A stretch of DNA of 62,377 bases, counting the filler, from Sphacelaria rigidula (lineage: Eukaryota), in NCBI GenBank assembly GCA_964200075.2. It is 5 parts of 5 records of this genome, joined end to end, with 100 filler letters (N's around TTAATTAATTAA, not from the genome) between each part and the next. Parts side by side here need not be neighbours in the genome. Positions count along the whole stretch, not along the records: positions 12,499 to 24,893 come from CAXNAA020003816.1; positions 24,994 to 37,388 come from CAXNAA020003817.1; 3 more parts are not named here. One strand, written 5' to 3'. The position numbers and the translations under genes were made by a program. Of the stretch, positions 13,147-25,781 are shown piece after piece (the stretch's first letter is position 1; each line of letters opens with the position of its first letter). The notes beneath the pieces were generated by a model, which did no database searches, was not told where the DNA came from, and saw only the letters and a program-made list of their open reading frames with translations.

Positions 13147-13838
13147 TGTTTGATGTCTCATATACCCCCCTTTCATTTGGCGTCTCGCACGCTCTTCTTG
13201 TCGTTGGGCACCCAGAGGGTCGCTCACATATATGCCGGGTAAATGTCGTAGTAAGCACTATCAAGCAAGCCACACCCCAAGGTGGATGAGATTGTGACAA
13301 GCCAGTCCTGTATTCAACTCTTATGATCAGACTGAGGGTTCTTTCTCTTTCAATCAACCAGCTGTTTGAGGGAGAATCACGCAGCCCAAAGCATGAATAC
13401 AAATAAGAACAGTGGATAAGGGTGATAGTACAGCACAACAAGAGACTCACGTCAATGCTGTGGGCTCGCGACACTGTAGGTAGGGAGACCGGTGGTGGTA
13501 GGTGATCGTAAAAAGTTTTTGTATCCAATAGATGCCTGCAGACTGGTCGGTGTGTCGAGTGAGGAAGGGGGGTAGAACAGCTGAGGGCAGCTGTTCTATC
13601 GGTACGTCCTCCTGACCCGCTTACAACCTCGTCATAATACAAAATCACCGTGATGCGCGGTGCCTTTAGCCAATCAAAGCTGTAGTAGCAGCAGGTACAC
13701 GCGGCTAATCGGGTACAATCTTGTATCTAGCTTCAAGCAGCTGCGTCAGCAATAAAACAATGCAATTTCTATCGTACCCAAGCACACATGCGACTAGAGT
13801 CTTTTCACACCCGCCGTCATTTCTGGGGACCATCGACA
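13147..13838 (-). mobile_element. Putative 3' LTR of the Gypsy element (left boundary 13147 or 13151)
   Basis: The minus strand reads TGTCGATGG...GACATCAAACA (TG...CA with imperfect inverted termini) downstream of integrase. There is no second LTR in the contig to confirm it. Confidence 0.55.
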
Positions 13839-16376
13839 ATTCTCAAAGAACTCGATTAATTCACGCACTCGGTCATAAACCATCACATTAGCTCACCCTG
13901 GATCGTTCAAGTGCAGTTCCTTTCCAGAAGGGACGAACTTGCATCAAGCCACACCTTTCCCACACCACAGAAAATTGAGACTCATTCCGAAGATCGAGTC
14001 TTTCTTGGGACGGGGGACGGGAAGGGGTGACCAACAAAAAAAATAAAGGAGAAAAAAAACACAAATAACAAAGCAAAAGAAAAAAATCGAACCCATACAA
14101 TAATGCAGTGTCCTCATGCTCCGTATTTCAGCCGAAGTCATAGGGAATCTGAAAAAAAAATGATAAATAAAAAAAAGAAAAAATCATCAATCAAAACCAT
14201 ATACCAAAAAAAATGCATTGTCCTGAAAATGTCGTGAGCATTCCCGGGATAGCCACAGGAAATCAGAGACCTATCATTGAAACGATCATCCCACTCTGCG
14301 ATAAATATATCATGAACATAATAGTTCACTCTCTTGTGAATGTCCGAATTGTTTGAGGTCATTGGTAGATAAACAAGCAAGCCCGCCAAGGCATTATATC
14401 ACTCCGATAACCAAGTTCATGCTAATCACTCGTCCCAGTCAATCAGTAAAAGCCAGCAACGTACAGCCGATTTCGTCGCCAAAAAAGTAGTTTCCCGCGA
14501 AAACCATACGTTGAAAAAAAAAACATGATACGGACAAATCAACCCGTTTGACGTGAGTTAATTGTCGGTACATGTTTGTGAGAGCAACGACTTGGTTGGG
14601 ACGCCTGGTTGATGATCCAGCCGTACAGCATTTTTTTTCTCACACGACGATACGAAAACAACCGACCGGTTTGTGAGATCAGGTGTCCGTACACGTCAAC
14701 CGAAACGTGGTGGAGTGAATAAACATCGTTCGGGTCTGCTATGTAGTTCCGAGGCGGATCGCCCACCACATTTTTGAACCACGACAAATACACAGGGCAG
14801 AGAGGACCAACGCAGCCCATTCCTCACAGTATTTTCCCGTTCGGACTAAAACGAGACTGGCCCGAACACAAACTGGAGTAAAACCCACAGCCGGTCGTAC
14901 CGTCATGTTACTTCATCCAATATTCCCTGATAACAACAGAACACCACCGACCGATTTCAGGGGCGAGTAATGGTACGCAAAAAGCTGGTGAAAGTGACAG
15001 AAAAAAATAGCGAGTGGCGGACTCTGAGCCTGTGGGCTGTATCAACGGTCGAATATCGACATGGCGGAACCGACAGTTCCGGAAGAGCAATCTACTTGAT
15101 CATGATACGTAATGGTCCTGTATGAGGAGACGTTTGCAACCGATTATACCGCGACTTTTCATGACATTTCTCAACACCGATATGTACGACGCCGTCAGTG
15201 GTGATCTCGTTGTAACTTACCAATCACCAAGTATAAATCATCGCGTCGCATCACCCGTGACCCTCCTATAAACGAGGTTGGTCACACGCGGCAGGATTCG
15301 CAAAAAAAAGTAGGCCAAGCGTTCTAGACTCGATGGTCAGGAACGTTGGAGCACTCATGGCGAAATTCCCGACATAGACGCAGAAACCAAAAACAAAAAC
15401 AAAATAAATACAAAACCAGGGGCACGCTGGGCAACAGCGAAAACGAAATATCAGCAACATGAAGCAGAAAACAACACGTGGCAACCATTCTCGTAAACGA
15501 GAGCGGTTATCGTGTGTACGAAGCAAGTAGGGCCAAACGTTTCAGCCGAAAGATCAAAACATTTCGGACACTCGGCTTCGGTTACTATCGCCCATGTGAA
15601 TATAAAACTCAACGTCGTACGCACACAACAAAGGGACACGTCATGACCGATCCCGAAGAGGGACGCGGTATGCGTGTACAGAGCGATTGGGCAAGAGCGC
15701 CACTATCCTAGACGGGGGGGTCAGGTATATCTAGCGTTCACTCCTAAAACTCTCGACCGAAAATACAGATAAAATGAAAATAAAAACCATATAATGAACA
15801 AAGCAAGACAAAAGGTGCGTACAAAACAAATGACGAAAGGAATAAATATGGCAACTGTTCCAGTATTCGGAATGGTCGTGAATGTACGGCGTGGAGGACG
15901 GAGGTTCAAGGTTCCAGGCTCGGGGGTCAGGAATGGAACGGTCGTCACTTGTACGTTGCCAGATGAACCCAGAAATGACCAAGAAAATTACCCATTGAAC
16001 ACAAAAAAAATCGAACACAAAGCACGAGGCGAAAAGAGAAGAAAAGAAGAGAAGAAAAACAAAAACAAAACAAAGACAAAAACAAATCAAAACAAAATGG
16101 CGCAAAGGCAAAGAAAACCAGAACACAAAATCAGGGTCCAAAGCAACAAAAAACAAAACACAGCACAACAAAAATACGAAATACAAGAACAAAAGACGAA
16201 ATACCAAATACAAAACACAACATCAACCATTAGAAGTACGGGGCTAATGAGTACGAAAACAAAATGAAGGGGGGGGGGAGGGGACATGGTTTTCCAACGA
16301 CGCTACAATGCAAGACAAGCGACTCGAACGCGGTACACTAAGCAAGGTGAATGGGGAAGCAGACTCGGATGCGGCA

Positions 16377-16637
16377 TCATGAGTCATCGGTGTCCGTGTG
16401 CCGTAGAACGGCTGTGTCGAGATCGCCTTGGTCGTGTCGTTGGAGGCACCAGGATCCCCTCCGAGCGGTCGGCACGTCCGTGTAGTACGCATCATCCACG
16501 TGAATCTTAAGGGGGCTCGGGTCATCAAGGAAACGGATAAAGTAGAGATGGTCAGATGCAGGGTCGACCAAATGAATTTTACCCGACCACCACAGTGAAT
16601 CCAAGTCCTTATACCAAAAGTACGCCCCCTTCGGCAA
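16377..16637 (-). pseudogene. Tudor/SH3-barrel-like C-terminal module of pol
   Basis: KGAYFWYKDLDSLWWSGKIHLVDPASDHLYFIRFLDD resembles the Tudor pattern W-x4/5-W[WY]-x-G-x-I...Y-x-[IV]-x-F-x-D. Confidence 0.5.
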
Positions 16638-16802
16638 TCGTTTTCCGTGAAAAGACTACATGTATTGTGAACGCGAAAGAAGGCTATAGCCTGTCACAAC
16701 AAACCGCGCTGAGTGTTCACGTGCCAGTTCCCGAGCGGCAGCTCCCTTGCGCATCGACCGATATCTCTTATTCAACGGGCGGTGTTGGACGGTATCTCTT
16801 AC

Positions 16803-16960
16803 CTAGTACAGCAATATTTTCCGACGAAAAGTACGCAAATCAACTTCACGCTCCCATGTAACACGCATGATACCCTTCCAATGTGTTTGATACATTACCT
16901 CTATCTTACCTCCACGACCACGAACCAGTTGATGGCCCGAAATCCTATCTACCTCAACGC
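16803..16960 (-). pseudogene. Chromodomain-like region after integrase
   Basis: VEVDRISGHQLVRGRGGKIEVMYQTHWKGIMRVTWEREVDL matches the chromodomain pattern VExIxxH...Y-x-x-x-WKG...TWE. Confidence 0.75.
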
Positions 16961-17225
16961 GTTCCAGGGGTGCGTCCGCATCCTCGACCGCCATATGATA
17001 CGGCGGAGCTTTGATTGCATACTTGGTCAACACATACTGGCTAAGCCCTAGCGGCAGTTGTTTGGGCATCTCAGAGGAGTCATGAGAGGGGATACACGGT
17101 TTGCATCGTAGCATCAAGACGCGATTCTTCGGTTTCAAACCAGGTTCATCTGTGGGAAAATGTGAATACAGAAGATTCGCCCCCACCGGACTCTTGTCGG
17201 GTGCGGTAGCGCTTGGGCCAAGAGC

Positions 17226-18452
17226 TCAACTTTCCCAAGGGCCAGTCCAGTTCAAGGATAATTTCGCCTTCAACACTTTGTCCAAAGATGATGATTTCGA
17301 GCTAGCCCCTTGATTGATGGTCTTCAAATCGTTATACACCCATGCCCATTGGCCTACCGTCCACACCGGGCGGTTATGTACCACATCATCCAACATCGAG
17401 TTCGCCCTGGCCACCTTGGCCAAATTGATTCGGTTCTGTTCTCGTACTACTTCATATGCAAGACGAAGGCGATTGCTAACCGACACATGATACTCTACAA
17501 CATCACGACCCAGACTCTGATGTCCTCCTGTATTTTTGCGTTCGAATACCGTTAAAGTTAACCTAGGCATGCATCCAATATGAATTTCATTCGGCGACAA
17601 TCCCGTAGCGGCATTGACTGAATTGTTGTAGTTCATTCGGACAAGGGGAAGGTGCAGATCCCAGTCCATCTGTCTCTCATTTGCTACAGCAGCAAGCATC
17701 TGTGTCATTGTATGTTTCACTCGTTCCGTTCCACCATTGATGGAAGGGAGATATGAACTAGTAAAAATGCGATGGGCACCCAAAAGGTCAATGACGGCGG
17801 CTGAAAGTTTGCCTGAAAAATGCGGGCCGTTGTCAGACAGTAAGCGTTTGGGCACACCCCACTGTGGGATGTACATGTATACAAGAATGTTGGCCGTACC
17901 ATCCGCGGTATAACTACTGGGGGGGACGGCGTGCATCACCGCATGTCGACTAAATCTATCCGTAAACAACAGAATATACTTGTTCCCACCATCCGTCAGG
18001 GGCAAAGGGCCAGAATAGTCCCACGAAACTACTTCACCAGGCCCCTTTGGGAGTGGCATGGAAACAATTGGCCAACGAACTGTTTGACGGTAAGTGGTTC
18101 GCGCCTGACACAATAGACAACGCTTCACCCACCAACGACAACACTGATCCATACACATCCACCAATAACAACATTCCAACGTCTGGGAGGTCCTCCTAAT
18201 GGCGCCTAAATGAGTCGATACCTGTGAATGGCATTCGTGTAGAACCCATGGGCGCAGGAGCATCGGGACATAGATGCGGACGGGTTCATCACCTAGCAAG
18301 CGAGCATGTCGACTTGTAGGCTTCGCCCTGGGGAGGGCTGCTGTGGGCCGGCGAACTAACAGAACTATACCATCATCCGTATGCAGCATACCTTTCCTTG
18401 AAAGTTCAGTAACTTCATCCTGTGTGGGCGCTTTGAGAGTCCCGGCTGGCAA
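17226..18452 (-). pseudogene. Retroviral-type integrase
   Basis: HHCC zinc finger (H..HLG...CLLCQ); DDE core (WDYSGP, SDNGPHF, GGTERV); GPY/F-like WTGPW. Confidence 0.95.
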
Positions 18453-19299
18453 AAGGAATTGGGTTTCTGAAAATGGACATGGGCAACCTTTAGATAGATA
18501 TTGGATAGCTGATTTATAAGCAGGCCCGGGCCCAATCGGCGTGGGAGAAGAGAATTAAACGTTCGTTGAATACGCCATCTGTTGAGGCGTCTACTTCGTG
18601 TTGGGTCGGTTCGAGGCGGGGTTGGCACGAAGCGGTGATTTCGGAATCAAGGGTGAGCCTACCAGTTGGTGTACTGTCAGACGGAACGTTACTCCTGCGT
18701 CGATTAGCGTGGAGGGTATTGTGGTGGTGTTTGCAATATCATCACCAAGGAAGGGGGGCACAGCCGTGGTTTCGGCTATGGTTGGCAGGGGCGGTACGGT
18801 CAAGGTCGATTTTCTGGGGGCCTTGTGTCGTGGAGGTTGAGAAGACGCAAGGAAAGTATCGGGGACCGGGGTGGGGGCAGGGAGGGGAAGGTCCGGACCA
18901 GATACGGCTATTTTGGTGGCCATTTCGGCGGTCCGCCGTCCACGAGTCCTACTCGAAATCAAATCTCGAACTTGAACTGGTGAGACGGAGTCAGCAAAGG
19001 ACGGTTCTACACCTGCTGCGAAAACCATGCGCTGGCCAGTTGCACGAAAATGATCATAGCCAACAGTATTCGTAGACAGTCCATTCCAAACTGAGTACAA
19101 CGATTCAGGTTGCAAGCTGCCTAGGACTGATGCGTGGGCTATGGTCATCAGCCCACCCATACCTAAAGCCGGCGTTTCTTTCGGTGAAAGTGGTGTGTAG
19201 AGACCTCTGTGTCCATTCCTGCCAATGAAATATACAATGTCTTCGGTGGTATCGGTGATACGTCCCATGGGGGATTTGTCGATAGGTTGAGCTGGTGTG

Positions 19300-20755
19300 G
19301 GCAAGCGTGACAAGAAGTCGGCGTTTGCGTTCTGGGGACCTGTGCGGTACTTCAGTTGAAAGTTGTAAGACGACAGGATTTCGAACCAGCGTTGTACCCT
19401 AGCGTTGTGTTCCGCCATTTTGGCAAGGCTTTCCAAAGACTTATAATCGGTATAAATCACAAACGGGATGTCATACAAATACTGACGCAGACGTCGCACG
19501 CCCCAAACAACTACGCCGGCCTCTTGTTCCATGACAGACCAATTCTGTTCATTCGTAAAAGTGGTGCGACTCAGATAGACAATGGGACGAACAGTAGCAT
19601 CGACTTGCTCCTGTTCTAATGTGCAGCCAAACCCAATTTGGAAGAATCTGTGTGGAGCCGAAGAGGGCGGGAACCCTGCTCCGCGGCCGACCAGTCGGAG
19701 AAGACGAGAATCGGTGGGCGCGAAAGGGTGTCAAGAATACGGCGGATGGTTTTTTCCATTTCCAATGTGAACACAATTTTCACCCCTTTTTTGAGGAGGG
19801 TGGCGAGGGTTTTTAGTGTTTGGGCAAGGTTTGGCAAGTACTGTCTGTAGTAGCTTAGACCTCCCAACAAGGAACGCAGTTGAGAAATGTCCCGTGGCAT
19901 GGGCGTATCGAAGAGTGCGGCGACCTTGTCGAGGTTTGGGCTACGACCGTCGGGGGTGATGCAATGACCCAAGAACCCAATCTTCGTGGCGCCAATACGA
20001 GATTTGGAGGGGGCGAGTTTCAAGTTGTGTTGTTCAAACCGATTAAAGAATGATACCAACTGTTCGACGTGTTCAGCCGGTGTGGAGCCGTGGCACACCG
20101 CATCATCAAGGTACATATGGCACTTGGGCAATCCATCAGTTATGCGGAACATTACACATTGAAACGCACCTGGAGCTCCGGCGGCACCTTGTGGTGTAAC
20201 CAGCCACTCGTACAAACCTGATGGCGTGCAAAACGCTGTCAGGTCAAAGGGATTTGGATCCATCACGAGCTGGTGGTAGCCGGACTGCATGTCAAAGTTC
20301 GGAAATACCTTACCCCCGCTAAGAGAGTCGACAATTTCATCCATACGTGGAAGTGGCAGCCGGGCGATTTTGGTGACAGCGTTCAATCGTTGATAATTGA
20401 CTGTCAGTCTGATTTTGCCATTCTTCGTACGGACGACTACTCAAGGCAAGGCCCACGGAGACGTCGAGTGCCGAAATAAACCGACGGATAAGTAACCATC
20501 GAGAAGTACCTGAATTTTATCCGCTAAGAGGGGATTCGCACGGTATGGACGCATAGCGATATGCGGAGTGCCATCAGGACTTTTGATCTTGAACGGTGTC
20601 GTGGTGCATCGACCTAGATCCAAGGATGCAGTAGAAAACCTTTCAGAATATCTAATCAAGATGAATCTCAATCTATCGATTATAGTAGGTGTCCAACCAT
20701 TGCCAGATAGATACAAAACAATATGCCGTAAGTGAGGGGGAATGTCATCCCACAA
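19300..20755 (-). pseudogene. Reverse transcriptase and RNase H (frameshifted)
   Basis: RT motifs PLPRMDEI, DMQSGYHQ, PQGAAGAPGAFQ, MYLDD, FLGH; RNase H motifs LHTDSS, EQEAGVVVW, YTDYKSL, NANADFLSR. Confidence 0.95.
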
Positions 20756-21306
20756 CTTTTGAAAACTGGCGCGTTGTTCTGAAGAAAATCTATCCAGAAA
20801 TGCAGATGGGGGTTGAGGTTCAGGCGCATCTGGTGGGTTTCAGTGATGCTGCGATAGGTTCTGCACTTTTGGGGCCGAAACCGGCCTGAGTGCCACGAGA
20901 GTAATGTTCCATCGAGAACATTGTGACCTCCACCCGAACCTCAGTCTGGAATTATCTCATGGGTCATGGATGCATGTTCCACCCTGAGACTCTAAGAGCT
21001 GTGGTGAAAGTCGAAGGTGATTCGACATGCCTGAATCCCGATTTCCTCTCAGGCCTCAAAAGCGCAGACCCTATCGCAGCATCACTCATTTGTCACCACC
21101 ATGAGGTCAGGCATGTATAGCGGAGGGGGGCCCATGGATTTCGGGGGGTCGGTTGACGAGTTCCTGTCCGTAGGGGGGCACACATCTGACAGGGCGGTCC
21201 GTATGACGGCGCTTGAGCACAACCCAACAACTGACCGTTGAGTATTTCGAGACATGCAGGGGACGTGAGGTAAATGGCCTGCCTACCTCCGTGGACAAAG
21301 ACTTCG

Positions 21307-21500
21307 GAGTCATCCTACGATAGCGGGGGAGGTATTTTGGGCCAGTNNNNNNNNNNGGATCAATAACGCTCATCCATGCTGCCTGACACCGTTTGGAATC
21401 AAATGCAAGCGCAACGCAAGTGTGGAAGGACGTCTGACACACTTATGAGCCTTTTTTCCCCTGCAACCGAATACCCTACCCCCCTATCGTACGATGACTC
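21307..21500. mobile_element. MITE nested in pol, TIR GAGTCATCSTACGATAG, TSD TTCG (Sola-like termini); another end at 24829-24893
   Basis: Reads TTCG|GAGTCATCCTACGATAG ... CTATCGTACGATGACTC|TTCG; contains a 10-N gap. Confidence 0.8.
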
Positions 21501-21809
21501 TTCGGTCTGTTCAAACGGACCAACCTGTGCTTGGTGAGGTTAGAGCAATTCGACCAAATAATGTCTTGTGAGGACGGGCGATCCATTGCGTCTCACGAGG
21601 TTCACTTGGATAAGTTGGGGTTCACGAGCAAGCGAGACTACAGGTTCACCAACATAGTACAGACGGGAAGCATTACCTGTTTGCGTGGGGTCATCCTCAT
21701 AAGCATGTGCTCCCGAATCAGTGTCGAAGTGACCCAGTGACAGTTTGCCTGTGACTGGACGGTTCGGGACAGGTGTGTCCGTCGTGTACGTGTGTGTGTG
21801 GAAAAACGA

Positions 21810-22150
21810 AGCCACCTATCTTGACTCAACAAAACGTCAAAAGACATGGAACCGTCGGGCACAATTAGTGCCCATATGGACAACCGAGGAGTGGGAGTAG
21901 TATCCTGGTAGAATTGTACACTTAGTCTCACCGATTGATTGACCGTAAGAGATGTGGAGGAACCAAACCCACCAAAAACACGGGGTGCACGGTCGACAGA
22001 CAGTGCTCGTCTGCCGCGCCCGCGTTGATCATCTTTTGCCAGCAGCTGGCTGTAATGAACGTTCGAGGCGAACCAGAGTCTTGTAGTGCAAGAGCTATCA
22101 AATGACAGTTTGCACGCGCTCCACTATGTAAACCTATCTTGGTAGTAAAA
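21810..22150 (-). pseudogene. Aspartic protease
   Basis: ALQDSGSPRTFI active-site motif, with a downstream DVLLSQD motif. Confidence 0.85.
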
Positions 22151-23108
22151 GAAGCATCATCCATAGTTGCAGTACCACTGACGAGATCGGGCCCGAAATC
22201 GGGTAAGGAATATGACACATTATGCATTGCGTTTTGAACGAAGGTACTAAAATACACCCGTTGATGATCCTGTGGGACAAGCGTTTGGTCGGAAGGATGG
22301 TGCGTGCATGGAGTGTCAGTGTTTGTGCCTAGAATATTTGTCTCATCAGTCGAGGGTTGAATCTCATATACTGCAATGGACGGGCGATGCCGGGGGAGGG
22401 CAGTTGTCGTGGTTGGACCCGACAACTGATCTGCGCGTGGTGTTTCACCCTTATTGGCCAACAGAGGGGGCGAATCGTCGTTGTGCAAAGCGGGATCAAT
22501 TACATTACCCAGTTTGGTCGGAACGGAGGACGATTCATCGGGGCGCGGTGTTGAGTTTGATACGCCTATCATCTCAATACCATCACTACTTAGAGCCAAC
22601 ATGAGGGCTTTGGAGAAACTGCACTACATAACTTCCTCTCCTTCAAAGGGAAGGGGTTCGATCGAATATGATTTGTACCTGGTGGATGTAAAACTGGGTG
22701 ATCAAATCCAGTATTAAAACGTTGGGTTTGGTCACTGCTCAATTGATAGCCATGCAACGGTGCACGGGCATCGACTGTCTTGGAACCCTTCAAGGCAGTG
22801 TCAGCATATCCAGGGAACCCACGCCACATGGTTGAACCCGCGGTGGCCGCTGTTAACTCACTTGGTTGATGTTGGTGACCTGGCCGAGCGAAAGAAAATT
22901 GTTGAGCACTTCTGCGGTGAGTTACCGGCGAGCGTTGATTTCTAAATGTGGGGCTGTGCCAACGATTGGGGAACCAACGGTCGTCAGAAGTATACAATGA
23001 ACGGGCAGGTGGTGGCGCCCAGGTTTTTGGGTCAGCCACACGTCCTGTGTTACCCCACTGTTTGTTGCTCGGAAACGCGGGGGCTTGGTGAACGTCCCCA
23101 GAAACCGG

Positions 23109-24739
23109 TCAAGTTGTGCGGTGAGCATCAGGAGTGGATTGTTGGACGTCTTCCTGGCGTGGGGGATCCGTAGGACTAGGTGCAATCATCAGTGGTCGTC
23201 TTCCGTCTTGTGATTGTACCTGATTCTGCGTTTTGGAGTTTGCTGGGTCAGACTGAGTTAGACGTGGCGCCGAATCAGCGGGCCGCATCTGGTAGTGCAC
23301 TGTTTGGTACTGCGGGGTTTGGTAGCGGGAATTGTTACCATAAAAGCGATTTCCCCGTCTAGGGCGGTTGTTTTGGCCACGCGTGTCGCCAGATTGAGGG
23401 CGGCGGTAAGAACACATACGCGCTTGACAAGTTGTCCAGCACGATGCATATTGCGGATCGTGGAATATGTTATTCAAGACGCCGAATGCGTTTACAAACG
23501 GTGCCTCGCAGGTGCGGATGGAGTGGATGGGAACTCGGCCGTCGGCGGAGTACCCAGTTTGTCCATCGAAGCATATTCCGCAATTGAGGCATTTATCCTT
23601 GCACTCACGGATAAGCTCGTTACGGATGTTGGGTTCAACGTCGCGGGCCCAGAGGGGGGGGGGTCGTGGTTGTGCATGGAGGTGCTCACGTTGAACACCT
23701 CCGGCCAAGTTTCGTTGGCAAAGGGCCAGCTTAGGAATCGACTAGCAGATGCATCTGGTACCTGAACCTGGGCGGTCATCATGATTTCTCCTGTAGAAGT
23801 CATTGACTCGGGTTTCCACGCTGGTTGACTCGATTTCCTGCTGGGTTGCGTTCGTGATGCAGGGGCAACTGGAGTGGGGAGAGGTTCCTGACTAATTACC
23901 TGCGTACCGTGTTGGCTAAGCGCCGAAGTGGTGCCGTCCTGTCTCACTCCTATCGACTCGACAGCCTGTGTGCGGTCTGTACGCCACTCATCGAGTCGAC
24001 TCCATATTTCGTCGGGATTCGCAAATGTTGCTGCTGCAGTAGCTGCATCACCCACAAAAACACTCGGCATTAGACTGGGGTACTGTCGCCGCATACTGGA
24101 ACGAAAGAGAGACATTACCATCTCGTTGGTCGGGGCTAGTTCACGCCCGTCATCCACGGTGACCGATATTAGAGTGCGAAAGTCCTTCAAGTATTGATCG
24201 AAGGGCGTGCTCACGGGAACCTTGAGGGTGAGTAATCTCTCAATAGATTCCCCTTCGTAGCTGGTGTCAAGCGACGAGCTAAGCAACCGTAACAAACGTG
24301 TGAACGCCTCGTTCCCACTGGCGCCTTTGTTGAGGGCCCGCGACACTTGGTCGAAGTGAGCGTCGCACATTGCAGTAATTTTGGAGGATTGCAAGGAGTT
24401 GAGGTCAATCGCCTGCTCTAGTGCCCGATGCAACGGGCGGCTCCACCCATGGACCCACTCGCTGCTTTCGAGACTGACGGAGTTTGGGTCGCAAATGGCG
24501 AGAATACAGCTCAACAAATTCTTGAGCGGTGACCTCAACTGACTGCAGTTGAGACTTGCGTTGGATCCTGCAATGAAAGGCAACCGGGGTTTGACCTTAC
24601 CCACACTCTTGATGTTAAGTTGCAAATAAGCGCGTCGGATGCTGGGGGCGTCGCTGCGGGATGTGTGGGGTGGTGCAGATTGAGTTTGTGCACGTGTCTC
24701 CGTGTTGGGTAGGTCACTCTCCTTCTTTATTTCCACCAA
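23109..24739 (-). pseudogene. gag-like ORFs (frameshifted) with an atypical CCHC knuckle
   Basis: Lies upstream of PR. Capsid-like FDQYLKDFRTL segment and a CLNC...HSIRTC motif. Confidence 0.75.
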
Positions 24740-24893
24740 AGCCTAATTTTTGTCGGTTTTGACTGGCTTACCTTCCTCTTTCTCTTTCAAGAGGGAGTGA
24801 CGTTGCTTGGCATTGGTGGAAGACAGACGAGTCATCCTACGATAGGGGGGGGGGGTATTTGGTTGCACGAAAAACGAGGCTCATAAGTGTAGA

Positions 24894-24993
24894 NNNNNNN
24901 NNNNNNNNNNNNNNNNNNNNNNNNNNNNNNNNNNNNNTTAATTAATTAANNNNNNNNNNNNNNNNNNNNNNNNNNNNNNNNNNNNNNNNNNNN
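24894..24993. other. Artificial contig linker
   Basis: N44-TTAATTAATTAA-N44. Confidence 0.97.
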
Positions 24994-25781
24994 GTGGGGA
25001 AAACACTGCTTCAGGCTTGAACCTCATCTCGGAGTTAAACCTCAATTCGCACAATTTGTCGTTAATTCCAGCCATCGTTTGCAACTCCAGGGTACAACGG
25101 TCCGCAACCTCTCGTGCGTGCGAATGAGGTCCGGGTATGCATCTTTTGCTCTTCGAAGAGGTACGATTGGGTCAATAATTAGATGCAACAGTGCCAGTAA
25201 ATGCGATACAGTGGCCAACAGAAGGTGGCGCCCCAGAACATGAGAGATGAACACATAAATCTTACCTTTTGGGCTTGCTCCGAATGCGGTACACTCTGGT
25301 GGATTGCCCACAACTTTTCTGCGTGGGATGGGAAGTACCATCGGCTTTGCTTACAGCAGTATACGCGTACAAAGAACATAACACGACGATACGTCGTCAA
25401 AACCGAAGTCGGATCACGACCAAATCTTTTTGGCCCCCAGGAAAATCACCTCCTTCACCTCTCAACCCTTAAGCACCCGAAACGACAACGCACACTTTTT
25501 CTAGGGCATTGCCCCTGGGAACGCCTCCCACACATGCTAGGGCTTTGTAGCTGTGGTTACTGCTCATTTCCATCGTTCTCAGGCCTGTTGCCAGTTGTAA
25601 ACAATCGGCCTACTTGAACATGGAATCCGCGCACGGTGTTGGCCCCGCTTGGGCGATGGTGGTGAAAGGGGCTGTGAGTCCGAATTCGCTGAGTGCGTCG
25701 AGAATCGTCCTTCCTAGTAGAACAAAGGCAAACACTCCACCTTCATCGCGATGACCATGCTCGGTTAAAACAAATGCTATG

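Larger units (their letters stand above)
13147..24760 (-). mobile_element. Decayed Ty3/Gypsy LTR retrotransposon with chromodomain, 5'-truncated by contig end
   Basis: Domain order gag-PR-RT-RH-IN-chromo on the minus strand, broken by many frameshifts and stops. Confidence 0.95.

Noticed and set aside
15731-16287. Hydrophobic F/C/V-rich ORFs as an env or membrane protein
   Set aside because: They are translations of low-complexity AAAAC tracts.
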